Source: Rhodospirillaceae bacterium
Lineage (GTDB): Bacteria; Pseudomonadota; Alphaproteobacteria; SMXQ01
DNA: 64,000 bases
NCBI GenBank assembly: GCA_947474495.1
Contig: CANJIM010000002.1
Coordinates: forward strand, 14,978 to 78,977
Direction: 5' to 3'
How positions within the stretch are numbered: the first letter of the stretch is position 1; each line of letters starts with the position of its first letter. The position numbers were made by a program, and so were the translations under genes. Positions 28,764 through 37,977 of the stretch are shown here, one piece after another. The notes below the pieces were generated by a model that ran no database searches, had not been told where the DNA came from, and saw nothing but the letters and a program-made list of their open reading frames with translations.

Positions 28764-30491
28764 TTACTTCTTGTCGCTTTCCTTGGCGCGATTGAGCGCG
28801 GCGCCGAGGATGTCGCCCAGGCTCGCGCCCGAGTCCGACGAACCGTACTGCGCCATCGCCTGCTTCTCGTCGGCGATCTCATGCGCCTTGACCGACAGCG
28901 TCAGCTTGCGGCTGACGCGGTCCATCGTGAGCACCTGAGCGTCGAGCTTCTCGCCGACGGCGAAACGCTCGGGACGCTGACCGTCGCGCTCTTTGGCGAG
29001 GTCGGCCTTGCGGATGAAGCCCGGCGCGCCGCTTTCCAGCTCGACGTCGAGACCCTTGTCGCTGACGGCGGTGACCGTGCAGGTGACGATCTCGCCCTTC
29101 TTCAGCTCGGAGGTCTGGCCTTCGAACGGATCAGCGCCGAGCTGCTTGATGCCGAGCGAGATGCGCTCTTTCTCGGAGTCGATGTCGAGCACCTTCACCT
29201 TCACCATGTCGCCCTTCTTGTAGTCGGCGATGGCTTCGTCGCCGGCGCGCTTCCAGTCCAGGTCGGACAGGTGAACCATGCCGTCGATGTCGCCGGGCAG
29301 ACCAACAAACAGGCCGAACTCGGTGATGTTGCGGATTTCGCCTTCGATCTCGGTGCCCGGCGGATACTTGTCGGCGAAGGTCGCCCACGGGTTATCCAGG
29401 CACTGCTTGAGGCCGAGCGAGATGCGGCGCTTCACCGGATCGACGTCGAGGATCTGAACTTCGACTTCCTGGCTGGTGGAGACGATCTTGCCCGGATGGA
29501 CGTTCTTCTTGGTCCAGCTCATCTCGGAGACGTGGACGAGGGCTTCGACACCCGGCTCCAGCTCCACGAAGGCGCCGTAGTCGGTGATGTTGGTGACGCG
29601 ACCGGTGAACTTCGTGCCGGTCGGGTACTTGGCGGCGATGCCGTCCCACGGATCGGCTTCGAGCTGCTTCATGCCGAGCGAGATGCGCTGCGTTTCCGGG
29701 TTGAAGCGGATGACCTGGACCTTCACGGTCTGGCCGATATGCAGAGCTTCCGTCGGGTGGTTGATGCGCTTCCACGAGATGTCGGTGATGTGGAGCAGGC
29801 CGTCCACGCCGCCGAGATCGATGAAGGCGCCGTAGTCGGTGATGTTCTTAACCACGCCTTCGAGGATCTGGCCTTCCTTGAGGTTGGCGACCAGTTCGGT
29901 GCGGGCTTCGGCGCGGCTCTCTTCGAGCACGGCGCGGCGCGAGACGACGATGTTGCCGCGCGCGCGATCCATCTTGAGGATCTGGAACGGCTGCGGGCTG
30001 CCCATCAGCGGGCCGACGTCGCGCACCGGGCGGATGTCGACCTGGCTGCCGGGCAGGAAGGCGACGGCGCCGGAAAGATCGACGGTGAAGCCGCCTTTGA
30101 CGCGACCGAAGATCACGCCGTTGACGCGCTGCGCGTCCTTGAACGAACGCTCGAGCAGGGTCCAGGCTTCTTCGCGCTTGGCCTTCTCGCGCGAGAGCAT
30201 CGCCTCGCCGTTGCGGTCTTCGTAGCGCTCGAGATAGACGTCGACCTTGTCGCCGACCTTCACGTCGGCCTTCATGCCGGGGGCGGCAAATTCCTTGAGT
30301 TCAACGCGACCGGCCGACTTGAGGCCGACGTCGATGACGGCGACGTCGTTTTCGATGGCGATGATGGTGCCCTGAAGCACCGAACCCTCGACGGGTTCGT
30401 TGGCGCGGAAGACTTCGTTCAGCAGGTCAGCGAAGATTTCGCCGGTCGAGTAATTCTCGATCGCGGTCTCGGTATATTGTCTAGCAGCCAT
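28764..30491 (-). CDS. rpsA: 30S ribosomal protein S1
   Basis: Six S1 repeats (VKNITDYGAFIDLGGVDGLLH, RISLGMKQL); ends SGASLGDILGAAL. Confidence 0.98.
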   Translation of the reverse strand: MAARQYTETAIENYSTGEIFADLLNEVFRANEPVEGSVLQGTIIAIENDVAVIDVGLKSAGRVELKEFAAPGMKADVKVGDKVDVYLERYEDRNGEAMLSREKAKREEAWTLLERSFKDAQRVNGVIFGRVKGGFTVDLSGAVAFLPGSQVDIRPVRDVGPLMGSPQPFQILKMDRARGNIVVSRRAVLEESRAEARTELVANLKEGQILEGVVKNITDYGAFIDLGGVDGLLHITDISWKRINHPTEALHIGQTVKVQVIRFNPETQRISLGMKQLEADPWDGIAAKYPTGTKFTGRVTNITDYGAFVELEPGVEALVHVSEMSWTKKNVHPGKIVSTSQEVEVQILDVDPVKRRISLGLKQCLDNPWATFADKYPPGTEIEGEIRNITEFGLFVGLPGDIDGMVHLSDLDWKRAGDEAIADYKKGDMVKVKVLDIDSEKERISLGIKQLGADPFEGQTSELKKGEIVTCTVTAVSDKGLDVELESGAPGFIRKADLAKERDGQRPERFAVGEKLDAQVLTMDRVSRKLTLSVKAHEIADEKQAMAQYGSSDSGASLGDILGAALNRAKESDKK

Positions 30492-30682
30492 TCGGTTGGT
30501 TCACTTTCTTGCCGACGGCAATCCGTTTGGAGGCCGGCGGCGGGGGCTCCCTCGTTCCGTTCCTATCCCGGCCGCACGGCCCCGCGATGCGGTGGCGATG
30601 TGCGGCGCGGTGCCGTTCATTGGAACGGCCGGACCGAGTACCAGGCTTACGCTTGGATTTTTCCGATCACGCGATCAGGCGA

Positions 30683-31330
30683 TCAACGAACTGTGTTGAT
30701 CCAGGATAGAGCGGCGGCGAACACTTGCTCCGCCGTCATGTCGCTCGTGTCCAGCAGGTGGGCATCGGGCGACGGGCGAAGCGGAGAGTTCGTCCGCTGG
30801 GTATCCAAGGCATCGCGCTCCAGGATGTCCCGCAGGACGGCGGCATATATAGCCCCAGTGCCCCGGCTCTGCAACTGGCCGACGCGCCGTTTGGCCCGTA
30901 TTTCCGGGGCTGCCGTGATGAAGAACTTATGCTCGGCGTTGGGGCAGACGACGGTTCCGATGTCGCGCCCGTCGATCACGGCGCCGGCCTTGCCGCCCGG
31001 CGGCCGGGCGGCGAAGTCATGCTGAAAGGCCAGCAAAGCGGCGCGGACGGGACCCAGCGCCGAGACCTTAGAGGCCATTAGGCCGGTCGCTTCTGCGTAC
31101 AGGTGGGGACTATTGAGGTCGGCAGCCCCCAGATGCTGCGCTGCCTCGGCGGCCTGCGCCTCGGTGGGAACGGTTAATCCGGCCCTCAGCAGTTTGGCGG
31201 CGACCGCCCGGTAGAGCCGACCGGTCTCCAGGTGGGCATAGTCGAAATGGGCCGCCAGCCGCTCGGATAGAGTGCCCTTGCCGGACGCCGCCGGGCCGTC
31301 GATGGCGATAATGACCGGTTTTGTCATCAA
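30683..31330 (-). CDS. cmk: Cytidylate kinase
   Basis: [27 protein letters not shown]; lies between aroA and rpsA. Confidence 0.93.
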   Translation of the reverse strand: MMTKPVIIAIDGPAASGKGTLSERLAAHFDYAHLETGRLYRAVAAKLLRAGLTVPTEAQAAEAAQHLGAADLNSPHLYAEATGLMASKVSALGPVRAALLAFQHDFAARPPGGKAGAVIDGRDIGTVVCPNAEHKFFITAAPEIRAKRRVGQLQSRGTGAIYAAVLRDILERDALDTQRTNSPLRPSPDAHLLDTSDMTAEQVFAAALSWINTVR

Positions 31331-32694
31331 GCCGAGATTTTCGCGCCAAGGCCGGCCATCAGGGCCTCGAAGTCGGGGAAACTGGTGGCGATCGGGCCGC
31401 CGTCGTCCACCGTCACCGGCTTGTCAGCGGCGAGGCCGAGCACCAGGAAGGCCATGGCGATGCGGTGGTCGAGGCGGGTGGCGATGCGGCCGCCGCCGGG
31501 GATGGCGCCGCTGTTGCCATGGACGGTCAGCGTGTCGCCCTCGACCTCGGCTTTGACGCCGCAGGCGGCGAGGCCCTCGGCGATGGCGGTCAGGCGGTCG
31601 CTTTCTTTCACGCGCAGCTCGGCGAGACCGCGCATCACCGTGGTGCCGCTGGCGCAGGCGGCGGCGATGGCGAGGATAGGATATTCGTCGATCATCGACG
31701 GCGCGCGACCGGCCGGCACATCGACGCCCTTGAGCGGGCTGTGGCTGATGACGAGATCGGCGACCGGCTCGCCGGCTTCGTCGCGCACGTTGTCGTATTT
31801 GATGTCGGCGCCCATCTCCATCAGCGTGCGGTAGAGCCCGTCGCGCAGCGGATTGAGGCCGACATGGCGCAGCGTGACGCGCGAGCCCGGCACGATCAGC
31901 GCGGCGACAGCGGGAAAGGCGGCGGACGACGGGTCGCCGGCGACCCGCACTTCGCGCGCCATCAACTCGGGCTGACCGGTGAGCGCGATGCGGCGCGAAC
32001 CGTCGGCTTGGTCTTCGACCGAGAGTTCGGCGCCGAAGTGCTGCAGCATCAGCTCGGAATGATCGCGCGTCGGCTCGGGCTCGATCACCGTCGTGGTGCC
32101 CGGCGCGCAGAGGCCGGCGAACAGAATCGCCGATTTCACCTGCGCTGACGGCACCGGCAGCCTGTAAGTGACGGGCATCGGATCGCGCGTGCCGATCACC
32201 GTCATCGGCAGTTTGCCGCCGTCGCGCGTGATGAAGCGCGCGCCGAAGCCTTCGAGCGGTTTGGTGACGCGCGCCATCGGGCGCGAGCGCAGCGAGGCGT
32301 CGCCGGTGAATTGCGCGGTGATGGGATGGCCGGCGACGAGGCCGGAGAGCAGCCGCGCGCCGGTGCCGGAATTCCCCATGTCGATGACGTCGTCGGGCTC
32401 CTTCAGCGCGCCGAGGCCGACGCCCTGCACATGCCAGACGCCATCCGCGTCGCGATGCACCGTCGCGCCGAGCGCGGTCATGGCCTTGGCGGTATTGAGC
32501 ACGTCCTCGCCTTCGAGCAGGCCGTGGATCGTCGTTTCGCCGACGGCCACCGCGCCGATCATCAGCGCGCGATGCGAGATCGATTTGTCGCCCGGCACCC
32601 GTGCGCTGCCGGTCAGCGCGCCAGCCTTATGCGCCGTCAGGGGGCGGGGGGCGCTGACATGAGACGGCTTCGCGGTCTGAACGGGGGTCGCCAT
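31327..32694 (-). CDS. aroA: EPSP synthase (class II)
   Basis: [46 protein letters not shown]. Confidence 0.97.
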   Translation of the reverse strand: MATPVQTAKPSHVSAPRPLTAHKAGALTGSARVPGDKSISHRALMIGAVAVGETTIHGLLEGEDVLNTAKAMTALGATVHRDADGVWHVQGVGLGALKEPDDVIDMGNSGTGARLLSGLVAGHPITAQFTGDASLRSRPMARVTKPLEGFGARFITRDGGKLPMTVIGTRDPMPVTYRLPVPSAQVKSAILFAGLCAPGTTTVIEPEPTRDHSELMLQHFGAELSVEDQADGSRRIALTGQPELMAREVRVAGDPSSAAFPAVAALIVPGSRVTLRHVGLNPLRDGLYRTLMEMGADIKYDNVRDEAGEPVADLVISHSPLKGVDVPAGRAPSMIDEYPILAIAAACASGTTVMRGLAELRVKESDRLTAIAEGLAACGVKAEVEGDTLTVHGNSGAIPGGGRIATRLDHRIAMAFLVLGLAADKPVTVDDGGPIATSFPDFEALMAGLGAKISA

Positions 32695-32941
32695 GAGAAA
32701 TCGCTCTTTTATAAAACCGGCCGCCGAAAAGGCCGCGGAACTGCGTTTATGGGGCGTTTGGCGCCCCGTCGGGAGGCGGTTATCGCACGGCCCGGCAGCG
32801 CGCGAAAATTACTTTTGACAGCCAGCGGCGATCATGGCAATTGGCACCGCTGCTGCTGCCTTGGAGATTGAGGCCGGCGGTTTGTAAGGCTTACGGCGGC
32901 GTTTCGCGGCCGGGCTATCGAGCATGGTGGAGATCGAGCGC

Positions 32942-33292
32942 ATGGTGAAGCCTGAGTTGGGCGTGAAACGCGTCTGCGGCAGTTGCGGCGCGAAGTTCTA
33001 CGACCTCAACCGCGATCCCATTCTCTGCCCCAAGTGCGGCACCGTGTTTGACGTGCAGGCCGCTCTCAAGCCGCGCCGCGCCAAGGCCGTGGCCGAGGAC
33101 AAGCCGGTGAAGCCCAAGAAGGTCGCCGCCGTGGTCGATCCCGACGAGGCGGATCTGCCCGAGGACGTGATCGACGCGGATGCCGACGATGATGAAGAGG
33201 AGGATGTCATCGAAGATACCTCCGAACTCGGCGAGGACGACGACGACGTGGCCGAGGTCATCGAGAAGGTCGACGACGAGGGCGACCGCTAA
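32942..33292 (+). CDS. TIGR02300 (FYDLN acid) family protein
   Basis: KPELGVKRVCGSCGAKFYDLN..CPKCG zinc ribbon and a long acidic tail; divergent from aroA, just before tRNA-Ala. Confidence 0.88.
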   Translation: MVKPELGVKRVCGSCGAKFYDLNRDPILCPKCGTVFDVQAALKPRRAKAVAEDKPVKPKKVAAVVDPDEADLPEDVIDADADDDEEEDVIEDTSELGEDDDDVAEVIEKVDDEGDR

Positions 33293-33473
33293 ACACCCGC
33301 CATCGCCCCGCTCCGGCGCAAGCCGTTGGCGGGGCAGGGTTTTCCGAACATCGCCGGCACCCGTTTTTCCGCTGGACGGACGATAGGGGCCCCCCTATGT
33401 TCTCCGCCCATCGCGCAGCCGCCCGCCGATCCCGCTCGGCGAAACAAAACAAGGCGCTACGCACCCGCGTTTC

Positions 33474-33549
<76 letters not shown>

Positions 33550-33556
33550 AATCGAC

Positions 33557-33590
33557 AGGCCCGGTCAGCAATGACCGGGCCTTTTCGTTT
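33557..33590 (+). terminator. Intrinsic terminator after tRNA-Ala
   Basis: AGGCCCGGTCA-GCAA-TGACCGGGCCT followed by TTTCGTTT. Confidence 0.85.
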
Positions 33591-33607
33591 CGGCAGGTCG
33601 CGGCCGC

Positions 33608-34303
33608 TCAGACGCCGCGCGGCGCGATCGCGTTGGGGCCGGCGAGCCGGCCGCGGATCAGCGCGGCGTCCTCGGGTTTCATCACGCTGACCTCGGCCAT
33701 CAGCCGTTCGAATTCCAGGAAGTCGCGCGTCGCCTTGCAATAGACCACGTCGATCACCGTGTCGGGCGAGCCGCGTTCGTTGGTGTAAGAGCTGAGCATA
33801 CCGAGACGTAGGCCGGCTTGGGCGACGAAGCAGTAGCCTTTGTTTCCCGCCAGGGTGGCGACAGTCTTGTAGCCGAAGCTTTTATAAGCGCGCTTATGGT
33901 CGATCTTCGCCGGCGTCTCTTGCGACGCAACGCCCGACGACTTGAGGCGCGTCTCGACCAGAGCCTTGAACTTTTCGGCGTTGTCGATCGCGTCCGCGGT
34001 GGCGAGCGAGAAGAATCCGTCATCGACGCGCTGCGTCGCGATGATGCCGCTGCCGCTATTGTTCGGGCCGCGCAGACTGATCTCTTCGTTGATGCCGCGG
34101 TTGTCGCGAATGGTCCGTTCGACTTTGGCGATCATGCGCGGGTCGAGCCAAGCGCCGATGTTAAGATCGGTCTGGTCCGCTGTCAGTGCCTTGGGCTCGC
34201 TGAACGACATGATCCGCCCGCCCGCATCGCGCGGCCCATCGGTCACGCAAGCCGCGAGGCCCATCGCCGCACATAGGCTGGCCATTTTTAAAAAGGAAAT
34301 CAT
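33608..34303 (-). CDS. Hypothetical lipoprotein
   Basis: MISFLKMASLCAAMGLAA-C signal peptide with lipobox LAAC; no family recognised; alternative start at 34327. Confidence 0.65.
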   Translation of the reverse strand: MISFLKMASLCAAMGLAACVTDGPRDAGGRIMSFSEPKALTADQTDLNIGAWLDPRMIAKVERTIRDNRGINEEISLRGPNNSGSGIIATQRVDDGFFSLATADAIDNAEKFKALVETRLKSSGVASQETPAKIDHKRAYKSFGYKTVATLAGNKGYCFVAQAGLRLGMLSSYTNERGSPDTVIDVVYCKATRDFLEFERLMAEVSVMKPEDAALIRGRLAGPNAIAPRGV

Positions 34304-34547
34304 GACAGTCTCAAGTCTGTCGTTCATCGCATCCCCCCGGAAATCGATCTCGCACGAATCTATTGATCTAACGTAGTTTTATTTAAAGTTTTCTGCGGCA
34401 CAAGCGCATGAAATATCATTCAATACGAACAGTAAAACCTCTGTCATTCATTGAGGTTTTCATACGGTTTTAAAGAAGACTTGATAGTCTTCTTGCAAAG
34501 ACGCGTCCGACGACACGCGTGGCACGCGATAATGCTTGGGGGATAGG

Positions 34548-36515
34548 ATGGCCAGCATTACAGGCACGTCCGGCGCTGACGTTCTCACCGGAACGACGGG
34601 CGATGACATCATCGACGGTATGGCCGGCAATGACATTCTCGACGGCGGCCTCGGCGCCGATGTGCTCAATGGCGGCGCCGGCAAGGACACGCTCGACGGC
34701 GGCGCGGGTGCGGATGTCATGTCCGGCGGCGCTGACGGCGATACTTATTATGTCGATGACGCGGGCGATGTCGTCATCGAGGCGTATGAAGCGCCGAACA
34801 GCAATAACCCCAGCTACAATGCCGACAAGATTATCAGCTCGGTCAGCCTTGCCCTGCCCGACAATGTTGAGGTCATCACCTTGGCGGGCGGCGCGGATTT
34901 GAACGCGACGGCCAACAATGGCGGCAGCACGCTCAACGGCAATACCGGCAACAATATCCTGACCGGCGGCGCGGGCGCCGATCAGTTGGTCGGCGGCGCC
35001 GGCAACGACACGCTCTACGGCAATGGCGGCAACGACTCGCTGGATGGCGGCGCCGGGGCCGACACGATGGTGGGTGGCGCAGGCAGTGATATCTATGTCG
35101 TCGACAATATCGGCGATGTCGTCATCGAGGTGCCGAGCGATCCTTACTCCATGTTCAATAACGATATGGTCTATAGCAGCGTGTCCTTCGTGCTGCCGGA
35201 CTATGTCGAGGCACTCAGCCTGACGGGAAGCGGCAATGCCGATGGAGCTGGCAACACGCTCAACAATGCCATTTACGGCAATGCCGGAGACAATGTCCTG
35301 CGCGGTGAAGCCGGCGACGACACGCTCGGCGGCGCTGCCGGTAGCTCGCGCTGGTGGACAGAAGGCGCGAACGGGGTCGACACATTGATCGGCGGACTCG
35401 GCGACGACAGGTATTTCTACGGTGCCGAGGATTCGATCGTTGAGGATGTCAATGCCGGTAACGATACAATCGTCGCCGCCACGAACATCGATCTGGCGAA
35501 CTTCGCCAACTTCGAGAACATCACGCTTGAAGGCGCCATCGGAACCATTGTTCCAGGGCCGACGAATCTTATCGCCATCGGCAACGCGCTAGATAACATC
35601 CTCACCTCGCGCGACGGCAGCCACACGTTGATCGGCGGAGATGGCAACGACACTTACGATCTGCGTTCGCCTTACGTGACATACGACATCTCCAAAATTG
35701 TCGAAGAAGCCGACGAAGGTATCGACACGATCAAAGCCTTTTATCTGGCCAACGTGACCTTACCCGACAATGTCGATAATCTGTTCTTCAGCTCGAACAA
35801 TGTCGCGCTCACCGGCACCGGCAACGATCTCGACAATACTTTCTCGCTCGATTACCGCATGAGCACCGGCACCCAATATGGGACTGGGTTCAATGTGCTG
35901 AAAACCTTCTCGGGCCTGGACGGCGACGACACTTACAAGATCGATTTTTTCCAAACAGGCATCGTGGTTGTCGAAAACGCTAACCAAGGTATCGATACGG
36001 TCGAGAGCGCGCGCAGCTACACGCTGATGGCGAACGTCGAAAACTTGATTCTACAAGACGAGGGCGTGGCCGCGCCGGGCCTATTCGATCACAATATCTC
36101 CGGTACCGGCAACGCGCTCGACAACAGGATTTCCGGCAACAGCTACGACAATGTCTTGGCCGGGCTCGGCGGCGACGACCTTCTCGCGGGCCGTGGCGGC
36201 GACGACACCCTCAGCGGCGGCAGCGGCAGTGACATCTTCCTGTTCGGCGGTCAGGCTGGGGCCGATATCATTCTCGATTTCGGCACCGGCGACGTCATCG
36301 CGTTGAACGGCTATTCCGGTATCAGCAGCTTTGTCGACGTCCAGGCGCATATGACAGCGTCCGGCGCCGATACGCTGATCACGCTCGGAACGGACAAGCA
36401 AGTCCTGGTGAAGAACTTCGCCGCAGCCGATTTTCACAGCAGCGACTTCTCCATCAACGCGGCTTGGGGCGGCGCCTTCTTCTCCGTATTCACGGAGAAT
36501 CCAGAACTGGCCTGA
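34548..36515 (+). CDS. RTX (hemolysin-type Ca2+-binding repeat) secreted protein
   Basis: Many GGxGxDxLx nonapeptides; repeated DTYYVDDAGDVVIE...SSVS..LPDNVE.L.L modules; acidic and Cys-free; T1SS-like C-terminus (DIILDF...DTLITL...DF). Confidence 0.85.
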   Translation: MASITGTSGADVLTGTTGDDIIDGMAGNDILDGGLGADVLNGGAGKDTLDGGAGADVMSGGADGDTYYVDDAGDVVIEAYEAPNSNNPSYNADKIISSVSLALPDNVEVITLAGGADLNATANNGGSTLNGNTGNNILTGGAGADQLVGGAGNDTLYGNGGNDSLDGGAGADTMVGGAGSDIYVVDNIGDVVIEVPSDPYSMFNNDMVYSSVSFVLPDYVEALSLTGSGNADGAGNTLNNAIYGNAGDNVLRGEAGDDTLGGAAGSSRWWTEGANGVDTLIGGLGDDRYFYGAEDSIVEDVNAGNDTIVAATNIDLANFANFENITLEGAIGTIVPGPTNLIAIGNALDNILTSRDGSHTLIGGDGNDTYDLRSPYVTYDISKIVEEADEGIDTIKAFYLANVTLPDNVDNLFFSSNNVALTGTGNDLDNTFSLDYRMSTGTQYGTGFNVLKTFSGLDGDDTYKIDFFQTGIVVVENANQGIDTVESARSYTLMANVENLILQDEGVAAPGLFDHNISGTGNALDNRISGNSYDNVLAGLGGDDLLAGRGGDDTLSGGSGSDIFLFGGQAGADIILDFGTGDVIALNGYSGISSFVDVQAHMTASGADTLITLGTDKQVLVKNFAAADFHSSDFSINAAWGGAFFSVFTENPELA

Positions 36516-36533
36516 GTTCTCGTTGAAACCTTC

Positions 36534-36580
36534 ATCGACAGGGGCTCGGTTGGCGATCACCGGGCCTTTTTCGTTTCCGC
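36534..36580 (+). repeat. Degenerate second copy of the sequence and terminator that follow tRNA-Ala (33551-33594)
   Basis: ATCGACAGGGGCTCGGTTGGCGATCACCGGGCCTTTTTCGTTTCCGC aligns by eye with ATCGACAGGCCCGGTCAGCAATGACCGGGCCTTTTCGTTTCGGC (38 of 47 columns identical). Confidence 0.7.
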
Positions 36581-37681
36581 TTAACACATCACCGGTCGCT
36601 CGCCCGGCACGACGTTGAGAGTCACGCGCTCAAGGCCATGCCCGGCGTTGCGCAAGGCGTCGACGCGCGTCGCTTGGCCGATGCGCTCGGCGGTCAGCCA
36701 GCGGTGCAAATCGTCCAATCCGCCGACCGGCTCGTTTTCGATGGCGACGATGACGTCGCCGAGTTTGAGGCCGGCGCGCGCCGCCGGACTGCCCTCTTCC
36801 AATGCGGCGACGCGCACGCCGCCTTCCTTGACGAGCTCCAGCGAGCGCGCGACGCGGCGCGGCAGCTGGATGTTCTGGCCGGCCACGCCGAGATGGCCGC
36901 GCCGCACCTTGCCGTGGCGCAGGATCTCGCCGAGCACGAAGCGCGCCGTGTTGCTGGCGATGGCGAAGCACAGTCCCTGCGCGCCGCGGATCACAGCGGT
37001 GTTGATGCCGACTACCGTGCCGTCCGCCGTCACCAGCGGGCCGCCCGAGTTGCCGGGGTTGAGTGCCGCGTCGGTCTGCAACACGTCGTCGATCAGCCGG
37101 CCCGCTTGGGCGCGCAAGGAGCGGCCGAGCGCGCTAACGACGCCGGCGGTCACCGTGCATTCGAAGCCGAGCGGATTGCCGATGGCGATGACCAGTTGGC
37201 CAACGCGCAAGGCCTGCGAATCGCCGAGCGGCGCCCAGCCGGCGCCTTTCAAGTCGCCATGGATGCGCAGCACCGCCAGATCGGTGTCGGGATCGTCGCC
37301 GACCAGATAGGCCGGCAGCACGCGCCCGTCATACAGCGTGGCGGTGATGCGCGTCGCGCCGCTCGCCACATGGCTGTTGGTCAGCACGAAGCCGTCGGGC
37401 GTGAAGATGACGCCCGAGCCGCTGCCCGCCACGACGTCGGGAATACCCTGAGGCGCGTTATCGTTGGCGCGTGCCGGATGCGGCTTGCTGACTTGCAGAT
37501 GGACGACGGCGGGCGCGGTGCGCGCGACGGCGCCGATCACCGCCTGGGAATAGGCATCGAGCAGCGCGCCGTCGCCCGCGCCATTGTGTGCGGGCGCCGC
37601 GCCGGCAGTCTCGGTCGCCTGGCCGTACTCATCGGACGATAGGGCGGCGGAGAGGAATTGGGCTTGCGGCAAATGGGTCAA
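36581..37681 (-). CDS. HtrA/DegP-like S1C serine protease with one PDZ domain
   Basis: GSGSGVI, LTNSHV (His), TDLAVL (Asp), QTDAALNPGNSGGPL (Ser), C-terminal PDZ (SPAARAGLKLGDVI). Confidence 0.9.
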   Translation of the reverse strand: MTHLPQAQFLSAALSSDEYGQATETAGAAPAHNGAGDGALLDAYSQAVIGAVARTAPAVVHLQVSKPHPARANDNAPQGIPDVVAGSGSGVIFTPDGFVLTNSHVASGATRITATLYDGRVLPAYLVGDDPDTDLAVLRIHGDLKGAGWAPLGDSQALRVGQLVIAIGNPLGFECTVTAGVVSALGRSLRAQAGRLIDDVLQTDAALNPGNSGGPLVTADGTVVGINTAVIRGAQGLCFAIASNTARFVLGEILRHGKVRRGHLGVAGQNIQLPRRVARSLELVKEGGVRVAALEEGSPAARAGLKLGDVIVAIENEPVGGLDDLHRWLTAERIGQATRVDALRNAGHGLERVTLNVVPGERPVMC

Positions 37682-37823
37682 GGAGTGCCTCCGAATAGGC
37701 GTCCCGCGAACTGATTTTGGGCGGGGCTGGCTGCGTATATGGGAAGGACAAAGCCGCTGCGCGAGAGCGGTTTCCGGCGAGTGACAGTTGTTTTCGCACT
37801 CTGGTTTGGCCCCCCTGGCCCCC

Positions 37824-37852
37824 CTTGTTCCGCCGCGCGCCGTTTCCTACAT
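37824..37852 (+). promoter_or_regulatory. RpoH (sigma32)-type promoter of hsp20
   Basis: CTTGTT-N16-CCTACAT resembles the alphaproteobacterial RpoH consensus CTTGAA-N15/16-CCTATAT. Confidence 0.65.
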
Positions 37853-37857
37853 ATGGA

Positions 37858-37977
37858 CAGGACGGTGCCGGGAAACGGGCCGTCGGGCCGCAAGGCCGAA
37901 CCCGAGGCGCCCAAAGGCGCGCGGGGACCGGCCGCCGGTTCATATGTGATCTCGCTCATGCTGAGGAGTCGCCGATG
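37858..37977 (+). ncRNA. ROSE-type RNA thermometer in the hsp20 5' UTR
   Basis: Several GC hairpins, then CTCGCTCA-TGC-TGAGGAG (37951-37968), in which the UCGCU motif pairs with the SD and leaves a bulged G. Confidence 0.72.

Noticed and set aside
32842-32857. TGGCAC-N5-CTGCT as a sigma54 promoter for the TIGR02300 gene
   Set aside because: Spacing is right but the -12 element is imperfect, and it overlaps the expected -10 of a TTGACA (32815-32820) sigma70 promoter; too ambiguous to call.
32917-32947. Imperfect tandem ATCGAGC(GC)ATGGTG at the TIGR02300 start
   Set aside because: Short and imperfect; it only creates an alternative start and RBS, with no evidence of a function.
34520-34536. 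TGGCACGCGATAATGCT as a sigma54 promoter for the RTX gene
   Set aside because: GG-to-GC spacing is 11 rather than the strict 10, and it sits too close to the start codon.
34548-36300. Periodic GGCGGCGCCGGC/GACACGCTC repeats as a possible CRISPR or DNA repeat array
   Set aside because: They are in-frame RTX nonapeptide codons with no constant repeat-spacer structure, and there are no cas genes.
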